NCBI GenBank assembly: GCA_965223295.1
Contig: CBDCWC010000002.1
Coordinates: forward strand, 864,001-928,000
Origin: Nitrospirales bacterium
GTDB taxonomy: Bacteria > Nitrospirota > Nitrospiria > Nitrospirales > UBA8639
Length of the DNA: 64,000 bases
Direction: 5' to 3'
Each line of letters starts with the position of its first letter. Position 1 is the first letter of the stretch. The position numbers were made by a program, and so were the translations under genes. Of the stretch, positions 30,199 through 40,079 are shown piece by piece. The notes under the pieces are model-generated. The model had not been told where the DNA came from and searched no databases. It saw only the letters and a list, made by a program, of their open reading frames with translations.

Positions 30199-30732
30199 TT
30201 AGTGCAAGAAACAAATTTTAAGAATCTCAGACTTTGTACTTTCGATAAAACTAAGTACGCACTTCGCCTCGTTCCCCTTGGGGAACTTGAAAGGCATCTA
30301 CAGAGGCAGTTGGGATGCTCAAGAAAAGTCGCCTAATCATTGGTGCTAATTCTCATACTCTTATGGGGCACCTTTATATCTTAACTGGCATACAATACTG
30401 AACCTCCTGCAGCGGCACACAGAAAATCAATTAAGGGCACCTCTAAAAACTGAAGATTTTTTCTGAGGGCAAGGAAACAGCGCGCGGAAAACCGCAGTGT
30501 ATGGGCCGATACATGAGGATTTGAGCACGTGGCTGACGCCGCCATCGGGAAAAAGAACAGTTTTTAGAGATGCCCTTAAGAGTCGCTTTTCACACTGAAC
30601 CCCATCGGCCCTGCGATGCGGCCAAAATTTTCCTAATTGGAAATCTTGTTGGAGTCGGAGTAGGAGATCACTGGCAACAGCAGCAATGACATCAGACCCT
30701 CCTAATCGTTCATACAGAATCTGTTAGCTCAT
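30199..30732 (-). pseudogene. Group I truncated hemoglobin (GlbN-like) pseudogene split by a MITE
   Basis: AGGAGG RBS, then MS*QILYERLGGSDVIAAVASDLLLRLQQDFQLGKFWPHR...EKRLL|MITE|IDFLCAAAGGSVLYAS*DIKVPHK..MRISTND*ATFLEH..AFQVPQGERGEV..FIESTKSEI. Confidence 0.85.
30435..30575. mobile_element. MITE family A, 141 bp
   Basis: 18-bp TIRs GGGCA(C/T)CTCTAAAAACTG; TTAA on both flanks (30431-34, 30576-79). Confidence 0.9.
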
Positions 30733-30885
30733 CGTGTTCCTCCTTGAGAATTCGATATAGTAAGTGATGGTCTCGGCTATCCCACATCAGCCGTAGCTAA
30801 TAGGCATATCCAAAACCTTTCCAATGATAGAGGTTTTCTGGAATAGGCAAACGTGAACGTTCTAAGTGATAAAAAAATTTGAAAA

Positions 30886-32364
30886 GTGATGGCGCTCAAC
30901 TGCACCGACATTGAAACTATTTTAACGGAAATTCAACCCCTCATCATCGGAGGCTGGATCCAAAAAATTCATCAGCCACGGGACTTGGGCATCACACTAG
31001 AAATTCGATCCTCCGGATCCAGCCTCATACTCTATATATGTGCAGAACCCCGTTGGGCCAGGTTCCATATAGTGACAAAGAAGTATCCCAACCCGCCTGC
31101 ACCTCCACCCTTTTGCCAGTTCCTTCGTTCCCATCTAGAAGGAGGACGTATTGAAGAAATCACGCAACAACCTGGAGATCGGCTCGTTTATCTGACCATA
31201 CGAAAAAATGACCAACTCTATCGGTTAGTCATTTCATTACTGGGGAAAAGGGCCAACATCTTGTTGCTCAATGAAAAAAACAGCCTTTTACGATCCTTAA
31301 AAGAGTCTCGATTTCAAATTGGTGAGCGATTTGTTGCACCGACTCCACCATTTTCCTCCCCAGCAACATTCCATTCTCCTTGGAACAGTAAAGCAAGCAA
31401 GAAATTGGCTGGACATGATCCCATGAACAGGTCCATCTTCCCCCTCTCATCGGTGATAGAAGTCTATTACGACCAAAAAGAGCGACAGGCCAATGAACAG
31501 AGAATTTGCGATCAACAGCTTGCCCATACCAGAAAACTGTTAAAAAACGCCAAAGGAAAGCTTTGTGCCTTGCAAGAAGACTTACGCAAGGCCGAACAAT
31601 ACCGTGAATATGGTCGTTATGGTGAACTCATGAAGAGCACTCTACATGAACTACACAAAGGCCAGGAAATCGTCACGCTAACCGACTACTTTGACCCGGA
31701 ATTACCTACACTCACGCTTCCACTAAATCCAGCCAAAGATCCCGTTGCCAACATGAAAGACTACTTCCGAAAATATCAGAAGTATCTCGGTGCTCAGCAA
31801 CATCTCTTACCAAGAATTGAGCGACAACAAAAGACAGTCATAAAACTCGAGAAAGAATTAACTCGCATAGAGGAAGGCCATATGGATGCTGCACTCGCTT
31901 CCGGACCAGTGAAAGCTATTCAGCAATCTCAGATAGCTCGACCCTCAAAAACTCAATCAACGAAGGTTACCGGCTACAGAACTTATGTATCATCAGACGG
32001 ATACTCTATACTAGTAGGCAAAACGGCCAAAGATAATGAACATCTGACTTTCAAAACGGGAAAGCCTGATGACCTTTGGTTACATGCACGAGGTACACCA
32101 GGCTCTCATACTATTATCCAGCTTAAAAAATCCGAGAATGTTCCTCATGAAACGCTCAAAGACGCCGCAACCTTAGCCCTCTGGTTTAGTGACTTGCGGA
32201 AAAGCGGCAAAGGAGAAGTCATATATACATTGCGAAAGTTTGTCAAAAAGGCCAAAGGCCAAAAGCCTGGCGCCGTCCAAGTTGCTCGCGAAAAATCTCT
32301 ATGGATTGCAATTCAGAAAGACCGGTTAGAACGCTTAAAAGGCAGCGCAAGCCCCGCAAGCTAG
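30886..32364 (+). CDS. rqcH: NFACT / RqcH (FbpA-like) ribosome quality-control protein
   Basis: PPPFCQFLRSHLEGGRI, GDR, ANILL; C-terminal ILVGKTAKDNEHLT, DLWLHARGTPGSH. Confidence 0.85.
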   Translation: MMALNCTDIETILTEIQPLIIGGWIQKIHQPRDLGITLEIRSSGSSLILYICAEPRWARFHIVTKKYPNPPAPPPFCQFLRSHLEGGRIEEITQQPGDRLVYLTIRKNDQLYRLVISLLGKRANILLLNEKNSLLRSLKESRFQIGERFVAPTPPFSSPATFHSPWNSKASKKLAGHDPMNRSIFPLSSVIEVYYDQKERQANEQRICDQQLAHTRKLLKNAKGKLCALQEDLRKAEQYREYGRYGELMKSTLHELHKGQEIVTLTDYFDPELPTLTLPLNPAKDPVANMKDYFRKYQKYLGAQQHLLPRIERQQKTVIKLEKELTRIEEGHMDAALASGPVKAIQQSQIARPSKTQSTKVTGYRTYVSSDGYSILVGKTAKDNEHLTFKTGKPDDLWLHARGTPGSHTIIQLKKSENVPHETLKDAATLALWFSDLRKSGKGEVIYTLRKFVKKAKGQKPGAVQVAREKSLWIAIQKDRLERLKGSASPAS

Positions 32365-32627
32365 ACCTGAGCAGATGACCGGATCCAGTCCTCTCACCGA
32401 TCCAGACGTTCTCAAGTCACAAGTACATTTGCATTGACGCATCCCCTCCACGGATTTCTTGGACAACAACCTTATTATCAGAAAATCTCTTACTTTAATT
32501 TCAGATATATCCTGACCGACAAGAATAATGTGGTTTCTAGGAGGCAAGGCCCGAGGTCTATCAACGACAGCAATCCCTCGGCTATTGTCTTTATCAATCG
32601 ATACGTTACACTAGGCCCTCAGCATCG

Positions 32628-35531
32628 ATGACAGGTATACATCAAACTATTTCACTCATGTGTTGTATTCCATATCTGCTTCGCTCAAGGAAAGGACTCC
32701 TAGACACCCTCACGTTCTGTAGCCTGCTTCTTATTTTCCCAATTTCTGCCTGGTCAGCCACATCTTCCAATCCGACAATCATTGTGACAACGGAACAGGA
32801 TACCTTTGATGGAGATACGCATTCCCCTGATAGTCTGAAACAATTTCCAGGCCGCGATGAAGCCATTTCTTTACGAGAAGCCATAGAAACGGCCAATCAA
32901 AGTCCCGAACAGGTCACGATCATGTTTCAATCTACCAACAAGACTATGACGTTGACGGTTCATTCTCCTCTACCGTCCATCCGTGAGTCCCTCATTATTG
33001 ACGGAACCACTCCCCAGGCACCTCGCGTCATACTACAAGGCGCAAGAAACGCGTCAACCTCAAAAGTTGACGGACTCGTTCTGGAAAGTAACCAATCAAT
33101 CATACGTGGGCTGACTATTACGAATTTTTCAGGGAATGGGATTGTCATTCGAGGCAATGGCAATCATCTTGAAAGTAATTATATTGGAACGGATTCATTG
33201 AGAACACCCGATAGCGGAAACGGCCTTACCGGCGTAGTTATCACGGGACATTCCAACCGGATTGGTGGATCGTCAGGCCGAACTCGCAATGTTATTTCTG
33301 GAAATATGGGTCATGGAATTGCTATTCAAAGAGGAGGGAAGAATCAAATCATTGGCAATCTCATCGGATTGCATCCGACAAATGATTTGGCACTTCCTAA
33401 TGCCAAAGACGGGATACGCATTGCGGGCTCGCATAATATCGTCGGTGGCCCCACGCCTGTAGATGCTAATGTTATTTCGGGGAACGGGAAAAATGGCATT
33501 CATCTTATGGCTTCCGCTCACCATACCCGCATTCAAGGAAATGTTATCGGGATCCATTCATCGCTCCAACATCTTTTGCCAAACCAAGAAGATGGGATTT
33601 TTGTGAAATCTCAGGATAATCTCATCGGGGGAACTCAAACCGGAGCCGGCAATATCATCGGCGGGAATTTACAAAGTGGCATTGAGATTCACCAGGGGCA
33701 TAACAATGGGATTTACGGGAATTTCATCGGTACGGATAGGGATGGGCGATTGCAGTGGGGCAATCAATTGGAAGGCATTGCTATTTATGCGAACAACACC
33801 CAAGTCGGAGGAAAAGAAACTCGCACCTCTAACCTTATTGCTTTCAATAAACGCGGAGGAGTGGCCATTCCCTTTGGTCAAGGGAATACCATTCAAGGTA
33901 ATGCCATCTATCAGAACGAAGGCTTAGCTATTAATTTACAACAGGATCACCTAACTCCAAATGATTCTCTCGATCAGGATCAAGGACCAAATGGACTACA
34001 GAATTTTCCCGTCTTATCAATTGCCACAGCCCGTTCTGCCAATGATTTATTCGTAGTTGGAACATTTAATAGCCAGCCGACCCAAACATATCAATTAGAC
34101 TTTTATGCCGGAAAACCTGACGGTCCTCTTCGCTATCAAGAAGCTTTTGCCTATTTAGGATCCGAAACAGTCTCGACCAATGAAGAGGGAGAAACTCGCT
34201 TTTCCTTTCATCTCCCCAAAAGCCCATCGCTTGGCCGATACGTCACAGCAACCGCCACTAGTAGTATGGGCAACACTTCTGAATTAGCTCGTAGCATTCT
34301 CGTGGATCAACCCAACCCACAAATCCTATGGAAAGAAAAAAACGCCTCGGCTAAGGGTCCGGCCATTTTTCAGACCTCTTATTCAGAGGGTATGACTCCC
34401 GTTGGAGTAATGCCAGCAACCATACGAATCAGAGATGTGGATAGTGCACAGCTGGCACAACTCACTGTTACTCTCAGCAATCCACTTGATGGAGAGATGG
34501 AAGTGATCACGGCAAACCTCTCTCAACCCCTTTCACAATCTTATGTTCATGGAACGTTGACCATTACAGGCAAAGCCCCGTTGGCAAGGTATGAAGAAGC
34601 CCTGCACTCACTCACCTACCAAAACGTTTCCGCTGCCCCCACCGCTGCGCCTCGTCTTCTCACTGTTGTGGCATCAGATGGTGAATTTATGAGCCAACCC
34701 TTTACCACTCGAGTCACGATTAGAGGAGTTAATACCCCGCCCTTGCTCTCCGTCAGCACGGTATCACCTGAGACTCCTCTCACATTTACAGAGGGAGGTG
34801 AATCATTGGCCTTGGTCTCACCACAGAGCCATATTCAAGATCTCGACAGCTCAACCTTCACTAAACTCAAAGCCACTCTGAGCAACCCCCTAGACATTGA
34901 CCAGGAAATCCTCAGTGCCCAATTAACCGATTCGGGATTAACACAACGTTATAACCAAGGGACGCTCACCGTCACGGGAACAGCCTCCAAAACAACCTAT
35001 GAGTCTGTCCTTCATTCGTTGACCTATCTCAACCAACAAACTCATCCGCAGGAAGGCAGTCGGGAGATCTTACTGAGTATTCAGGATAGCCAGGGCAGCT
35101 TCAGCTCACCCCAAACAGTCACGGTTACGGTTAAAGCCAAACCTCCTGTTCTTTCAACTTTTGCTCAACCTTTTGTTGCCTCGCTTGATTCCGTAGCAGA
35201 AAATGTAAAGGCCGAAGCCCAACAACAACAAGATGCGAAGCAATTGGTTGTAAAAACCGTCACTGGCTCCGGTCTCGTGGTGACCGCTGGCCTTTTTATT
35301 TGGATTTTGCGCGGCACATCCCTCTTGGCGAGTATGTGGGCAACCATTCCCGCTTGGAACAGCATTGACCCTCTGCCGATTTTAGGAATGAGTCAGGAAG
35401 AGCGATGGAAAGAACTCATCGACACACAGCATGTGGAAGACCAAGAACAACAAGAATTTCCTCAAATTCAAAAAATATTTTCTGATCAACAAACATCGCA
35501 TCCATTGCCTGAGAAGGACCCGCCACTTTGA
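32628..35531 (+). CDS. Exported adhesin-like protein: CSLREA-like N-terminus, parallel beta-helix, two cadherin/Ig-like repeats, C-terminal membrane motif
   Basis: Signal peptide; ISLREAIETAN; repeated NVISGN/GNxIG; two DxDS...LSNPLD...GTLT.TG...YE..L.SLTY.N units; WILRGTSLLASMWATIPAWNSIDPLPIL tail. Confidence 0.8.
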   Translation: MTGIHQTISLMCCIPYLLRSRKGLLDTLTFCSLLLIFPISAWSATSSNPTIIVTTEQDTFDGDTHSPDSLKQFPGRDEAISLREAIETANQSPEQVTIMFQSTNKTMTLTVHSPLPSIRESLIIDGTTPQAPRVILQGARNASTSKVDGLVLESNQSIIRGLTITNFSGNGIVIRGNGNHLESNYIGTDSLRTPDSGNGLTGVVITGHSNRIGGSSGRTRNVISGNMGHGIAIQRGGKNQIIGNLIGLHPTNDLALPNAKDGIRIAGSHNIVGGPTPVDANVISGNGKNGIHLMASAHHTRIQGNVIGIHSSLQHLLPNQEDGIFVKSQDNLIGGTQTGAGNIIGGNLQSGIEIHQGHNNGIYGNFIGTDRDGRLQWGNQLEGIAIYANNTQVGGKETRTSNLIAFNKRGGVAIPFGQGNTIQGNAIYQNEGLAINLQQDHLTPNDSLDQDQGPNGLQNFPVLSIATARSANDLFVVGTFNSQPTQTYQLDFYAGKPDGPLRYQEAFAYLGSETVSTNEEGETRFSFHLPKSPSLGRYVTATATSSMGNTSELARSILVDQPNPQILWKEKNASAKGPAIFQTSYSEGMTPVGVMPATIRIRDVDSAQLAQLTVTLSNPLDGEMEVITANLSQPLSQSYVHGTLTITGKAPLARYEEALHSLTYQNVSAAPTAAPRLLTVVASDGEFMSQPFTTRVTIRGVNTPPLLSVSTVSPETPLTFTEGGESLALVSPQSHIQDLDSSTFTKLKATLSNPLDIDQEILSAQLTDSGLTQRYNQGTLTVTGTASKTTYESVLHSLTYLNQQTHPQEGSREILLSIQDSQGSFSSPQTVTVTVKAKPPVLSTFAQPFVASLDSVAENVKAEAQQQQDAKQLVVKTVTGSGLVVTAGLFIWILRGTSLLASMWATIPAWNSIDPLPILGMSQEERWKELIDTQHVEDQEQQEFPQIQKIFSDQQTSHPLPEKDPPL

Positions 35532-37090
35532 TGAAACGCTGGAAGACTCTCGCACTGATCAGTCTTGGCTTAACAACCTTAACCATTAGCTTTTTGTTGG
35601 TTGGAACTTGGATCTGGAATATGTTTCCTCAAGAATCCCAACAAACCTTCACTTATCGCAAAATGTTAGTGGAAAACATGGCCGCACAATATTCAAAGTT
35701 AGCTGAGAAAGACGATCTTGTGACAATACAGGCGGCTATTGATTTTCTCCTTGCACGAAATTCTGATATCCGATCAATTGCCTTGGTCGATCAAGAACAC
35801 ACTTCCTTAGCCACCGCAGGATCACACCAGCAATATTGGACAAAAGATGCTAACAGTCATTCGACACTGACCCATATGGAAGTTGAAATTTATGACGGTT
35901 CCGAACCGTGGGGAAGGCTCCAGGTTGCTTTCCAACCAATGGCTCAACATCAAGGATGGTGGGCAACAATAAGCCACGATCCGCTCTATCGCCTATTGGC
36001 ATACATCACAATTGTGGGCTTTCCAGGGTTTTACTTTTTCATAGGACGTGTGTTGCGACAATTAGATCCTTCAAGTATTGTCCCTAAACGCGTCAAAACT
36101 GTCCTTGACACTTTGGTAGAGGGTGTCGTTCTCTTAGATCCAAAAGGAACTGTAGCACTCGCCAATGCTGCATTCACATCAATTACAAATACGAATCTTA
36201 ACAATCTTTTGGGGAAATCCTTGGATCATTTACCCTGGAAAGATCCTATTAAACACCAAGAGCCTCTAACCTCCCTGCCCTGGCAAGAAGTAGAACGTAC
36301 CAATCAAAGCAATACCGGCACTCCCGTTGCCTATGACTCGTCAGAGAAAGAGACAAAAGAATTTATTGTCAATAGCACGCCGATTCTTGATGAACAAGGC
36401 CACCTGCGAGGCATTCTTGTCTCACTCAGTGATGTGACGGAACTATCACGCGCTAACCAGCATTTATTTTCCACACTTGAAGAATTACATATTTCTCAAG
36501 CGAACATTGAACATCAAAACGAAAAGCTCCAATGGCTAGCTACTCGAGACCCCTTAACCAGTGCAATGAACCGCCATGCATTCTTTGAGCTACTTGAGAG
36601 TACTTTGAAAGACGCCCAAAAAAAGGAGAGCGCGGTAGGCTGCCTAATGCTAGATATGGACGATTTTAAAAAAATTAATGATCACCATGGACATGCCGCA
36701 GGAGACCGTGTTCTCAAAATGCTTGCAGAGTCCGTGGCAAGCTTAATTCGACCGCAAGACTTTTTCGGACGATACGGCGGAGAAGAGTTTTGTGTCATTC
36801 TTCCAGGAATGAGCGAAGCTGAAACTGTCCAAATGGGGGAAGTTATTCGCCGGCATATTGAAGAACATGGATCACAGAGTCTCCGCGCAACATCTGCTCT
36901 TTCGATTACCACGAGTATTGGAGCAAGATCGTTCATTCCAGATGATCCAAGCTCTACCCTGCTTATCGAACAAGCCGACGAAGCGTTATATACCGCAAAA
37001 CACAACGGAAAAAATCAAGTGTACTGTTATTCCAATCTCCCAACTCATCCCCGCTCGACTAGAAAGAAACTAGCAAAAACCAAACGATAG
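35528..37090 (+). CDS. Membrane diguanylate cyclase (2TM-periplasmic-PAS-GGDEF); probable start is ATG 35531
   Basis: RDPLT, DMDDFKKINDHHGHAAGD, RPQD I-site, RYGGEEF; TGATG overlap with the upstream gene. Confidence 0.9.
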   Translation: MMKRWKTLALISLGLTTLTISFLLVGTWIWNMFPQESQQTFTYRKMLVENMAAQYSKLAEKDDLVTIQAAIDFLLARNSDIRSIALVDQEHTSLATAGSHQQYWTKDANSHSTLTHMEVEIYDGSEPWGRLQVAFQPMAQHQGWWATISHDPLYRLLAYITIVGFPGFYFFIGRVLRQLDPSSIVPKRVKTVLDTLVEGVVLLDPKGTVALANAAFTSITNTNLNNLLGKSLDHLPWKDPIKHQEPLTSLPWQEVERTNQSNTGTPVAYDSSEKETKEFIVNSTPILDEQGHLRGILVSLSDVTELSRANQHLFSTLEELHISQANIEHQNEKLQWLATRDPLTSAMNRHAFFELLESTLKDAQKKESAVGCLMLDMDDFKKINDHHGHAAGDRVLKMLAESVASLIRPQDFFGRYGGEEFCVILPGMSEAETVQMGEVIRRHIEEHGSQSLRATSALSITTSIGARSFIPDDPSSTLLIEQADEALYTAKHNGKNQVYCYSNLPTHPRSTRKKLAKTKR

Positions 37091-37342
37091 TTCACTAAGA
37101 TCTCTTCAAAAACCTCATCGTTCAACTCATTGAATTATGAATGATTGGCACTCGTTTTCTGACGATAACGGCTCTTTATGAGAGATGAATTCTTTAATCG
37201 TGAGTACAGTCTATGTCTCCCTCATCCGTGGCACCCCTCAATAGGACATATTCAAGATTTTTTTATCGGATTGAAATGATTTCCCCTATTTTTCTCTTTC
37301 ATTTTTAGGCACGAGGAGTTCTCATCAACATCTCGACTCACC

Positions 37343-37756
37343 CTAACCTCTTGCTAAAATTTCTCGTATGACCAGCCGATTGGCTTCGGGGAATTTATAC
37401 AAGGCTAATTCATGAATATCGACCCAGGCTACTTCTATACAGCCAATGGCTTTGGGGGATCCTTCAATTAGAACACAGGTAAAAAAGTTCAATTCCACTT
37501 CCTTCTCTGGATATAGATGACGCAAGGTTTGAAAATGATGAACCCTCGACACCTCAATATCAATTTCCTCTTTCAGTTCCCTGTGTAAACATTCCTCTAA
37601 TGTTTCACCAGCTTCTTGCTTCCCACCAGGGAATTCCCAGAGACCTCCCTGATGGGCATCAAGTTTTCTCCTTGCCAACAAAATCTTGTTACTCCAAAAG
37701 ACAATGGCGGCAGCTACAACCACAGAGGGTAATGCTTGAGAACTACGATGATTCAT
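37343..37756 (-). CDS. mutT: 8-oxo-dGTP diphosphatase MutT (Nudix)
   Basis: HQGGLWEFPGGKQEAGETLEECLHRELKEE Nudix box; FPEAN. Confidence 0.85.
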   Translation of the reverse strand: MNHRSSQALPSVVVAAAIVFWSNKILLARRKLDAHQGGLWEFPGGKQEAGETLEECLHRELKEEIDIEVSRVHHFQTLRHLYPEKEVELNFFTCVLIEGSPKAIGCIEVAWVDIHELALYKFPEANRLVIREILARG

Positions 37757-38462
37757 CAGCAGACACGGAATGACAAATATCACGCATAGGGCAAAGCAGA
37801 CAAAACGGCTTTCTGGCCGTACATACCATCGCTCCAAAGTCCATCAATGCTTGATTGAAATCATAGCCTTTCCCCTTAGGAATCAATTTTTCGGAAAGTA
37901 TCCATAACATGGACTTTTGCTTCTTGGGATCACCTGTTCCTATGAATATGCGATGTAAAACTCGCATCACATTGGTATCCAAAATAGGCGCATCTTTCTG
38001 AAATGCAAAAGACTGGATCGCTCCAGCCGTATATTTCCCTATCCCTTTCATTGATAACAATTCTTCTTCTTGACTCGGAATATTGCCGCCGTAGCGCTCC
38101 ATCGCCTCACAGGCGATTCCATGAAGACGATAAGGCCGAATATTGTAACCTAGGGGATACCAAGTTTTTCGCACTTCTTCCGGCTGTGCTTGAGCTAAGT
38201 CCTGCACCGTCGGATATTTTTCCAAGAATTCATGAAACTTTGGAATCACACGATCAACCTGTGTCTGCTGCAGCATAATTTCAGAAACCAAAACCTTATA
38301 GGGGTTTTCGGTTCTCCGCCACGGAAGATCCCGCCCATGTTCCCCATACCATTTCAGTAACTGCTTTTGAAACTTGCGTTTTTTGGCCAGCGGAACATTC
38401 TGAATCTCAGACGAAGCGACCTTTGACCTTACCCTTTTTGGTATTTTTCGAGGAGTCGGCAT
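37743..38462 (-). CDS. mutY: A/G-specific adenine glycosylase, catalytic domain only
   Basis: RDLPWR, VSEIMLQQTQV, HhH GIGKYTA, DTNV, CTARKPFCLLCPMRDIC 4Fe-4S motif. Confidence 0.85.
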   Translation of the reverse strand: MPTPRKIPKRVRSKVASSEIQNVPLAKKRKFQKQLLKWYGEHGRDLPWRRTENPYKVLVSEIMLQQTQVDRVIPKFHEFLEKYPTVQDLAQAQPEEVRKTWYPLGYNIRPYRLHGIACEAMERYGGNIPSQEEELLSMKGIGKYTAGAIQSFAFQKDAPILDTNVMRVLHRIFIGTGDPKKQKSMLWILSEKLIPKGKGYDFNQALMDFGAMVCTARKPFCLLCPMRDICHSVSADESS

Positions 38463-38971
38463 TAGAAAAAACGTCTAATTCAGAACCTTAGATATGGATA
38501 AGCAGAAATCGCATTCCCCATAGTTGATCAACCATCATGCCCTTCTCTTCAGTTTGCAAATAAAGGTTACTCAAAAATCATATTCTACTGGACAGTCGAG
38601 GCTTTTTCAGTTACCATTCGACTTCTTATTCTGCTTTATTTTTCTCATTTATTCTTCCCCTTATCTCTGGGTTACAGCCCCTCGAGTCTTTTTATCATAA
38701 AAAATTTAAGGAAGTATGCCGTATTGCGGGTCGCGTTTGTCATTTTTTAGAAACGATAACCCATAATTTCCGGGGCCTTTGTCCTATCGTATGGACGAAA
38801 TCCGGCTTTCTTCTCCTGACTTCATTCTTTCCTACAATCGGGGGTGGCGCATTGCCAACCTCACGAACTTCATTTCTCTGACAACCTGCAATTTTCGCTG
38901 TTTTTTGGGCCTAGTCTCTTGGCTTGTGTTTTTTCTTATTCACTATCACTCAACCACTTTGGAGGTGTCTT

Positions 38972-39922
38972 ATGTCTAGCCAAACTGCTGCTCTTTCTCC
39001 ATCCATCCCGCACAACACCACACAAATCCAAACTCTCGTGCACACAACCGCCAGTTTCATTCGCTCTCTGGTACAAAAAGGCGGACCGGAGCATACAGAC
39101 TATCCTCTCTTACAAACAGCATTACAACAATTTTCTGACCCCTCGCTCCAAGAATTCCTTTCTCCTGAGGATGTTGGGACTCTTCACAATTCCTTCGGCG
39201 CAGCCCTTTCGCCACAAACTATTCAGGGCTGGGCTTTTCAAAAGCCTTTGGGATATGCCGGCGATTTTAAAATAATTGAAAAGATTTACAACTTTGAAAA
39301 ATCGTCGGTCCCCCATCTCCGGAAATGGGACGAGTATTTTCATGCGCAAAAAGCTCCCCAAGCCGTGAGAAATCGGCTATCCTTTTTTCTGGACAAACTC
39401 TATGAAACCAAAACACAAAATCCCTCAGCCACACAGGTATTAAATGTGGCTTCCGGGCCTGGACGCGATATGTTCGAAGCGTTAAGAGTCATCGGAAGTT
39501 CAGACTTAAGAATTGACTGCGTTGATCAGGATAATCATGCAATCGAATTTGCCAAAACGCTCTGCCAAGACTTCCTGCACATGATCAACTTTACCCATAA
39601 AAATATTTTCCAATTTCACACCCAAAACACATATCATTTGATTTGGTCGGCTGGGTTATTCGATTATTTTAACGATAACCTGTTCAAGAGAACCATTCGT
39701 AAACTCTCCAAATTTCTGAAGCCAAACGGAAGAATGGTGATCGGAAATTTCTCGCCAGAGAATCCCACACGAGGGTATATGGAACTCTGTAATTGGAAGC
39801 TTATTCATCGTAGCAAAGAACATTTACGACAACTCGCGAAAGAATGTGGATTTCAAGATCACCAAATTAGCGTGGAACAAGAAGCCGAAGGGATCAACCT
39901 ATTTCTTATACTTTCAAACTAA
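38972..39922 (+). CDS. Class I SAM methyltransferase, PhcB-like
   Basis: GGAGGT RBS at 38961; KPLGYAGDF, AVRNR, LNVASGPGRD, SAGLFDYF, GNFSPENP. Confidence 0.8.
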   Translation: MSSQTAALSPSIPHNTTQIQTLVHTTASFIRSLVQKGGPEHTDYPLLQTALQQFSDPSLQEFLSPEDVGTLHNSFGAALSPQTIQGWAFQKPLGYAGDFKIIEKIYNFEKSSVPHLRKWDEYFHAQKAPQAVRNRLSFFLDKLYETKTQNPSATQVLNVASGPGRDMFEALRVIGSSDLRIDCVDQDNHAIEFAKTLCQDFLHMINFTHKNIFQFHTQNTYHLIWSAGLFDYFNDNLFKRTIRKLSKFLKPNGRMVIGNFSPENPTRGYMELCNWKLIHRSKEHLRQLAKECGFQDHQISVEQEAEGINLFLILSN

Positions 39923-40079
39923 GAGAGTTATTGATTCCATACTATAGCCTTAGCATCGAGGGGAAATTTTATGCACTGAGAAAATTCACATAAAAAGATT
40001 CAAAAATCATCAAAGGACGAATAAAAGGGCAGTCGGTCTTTCAGTAGCGATGACATGCACATTGAAAATGCGCCTACTT

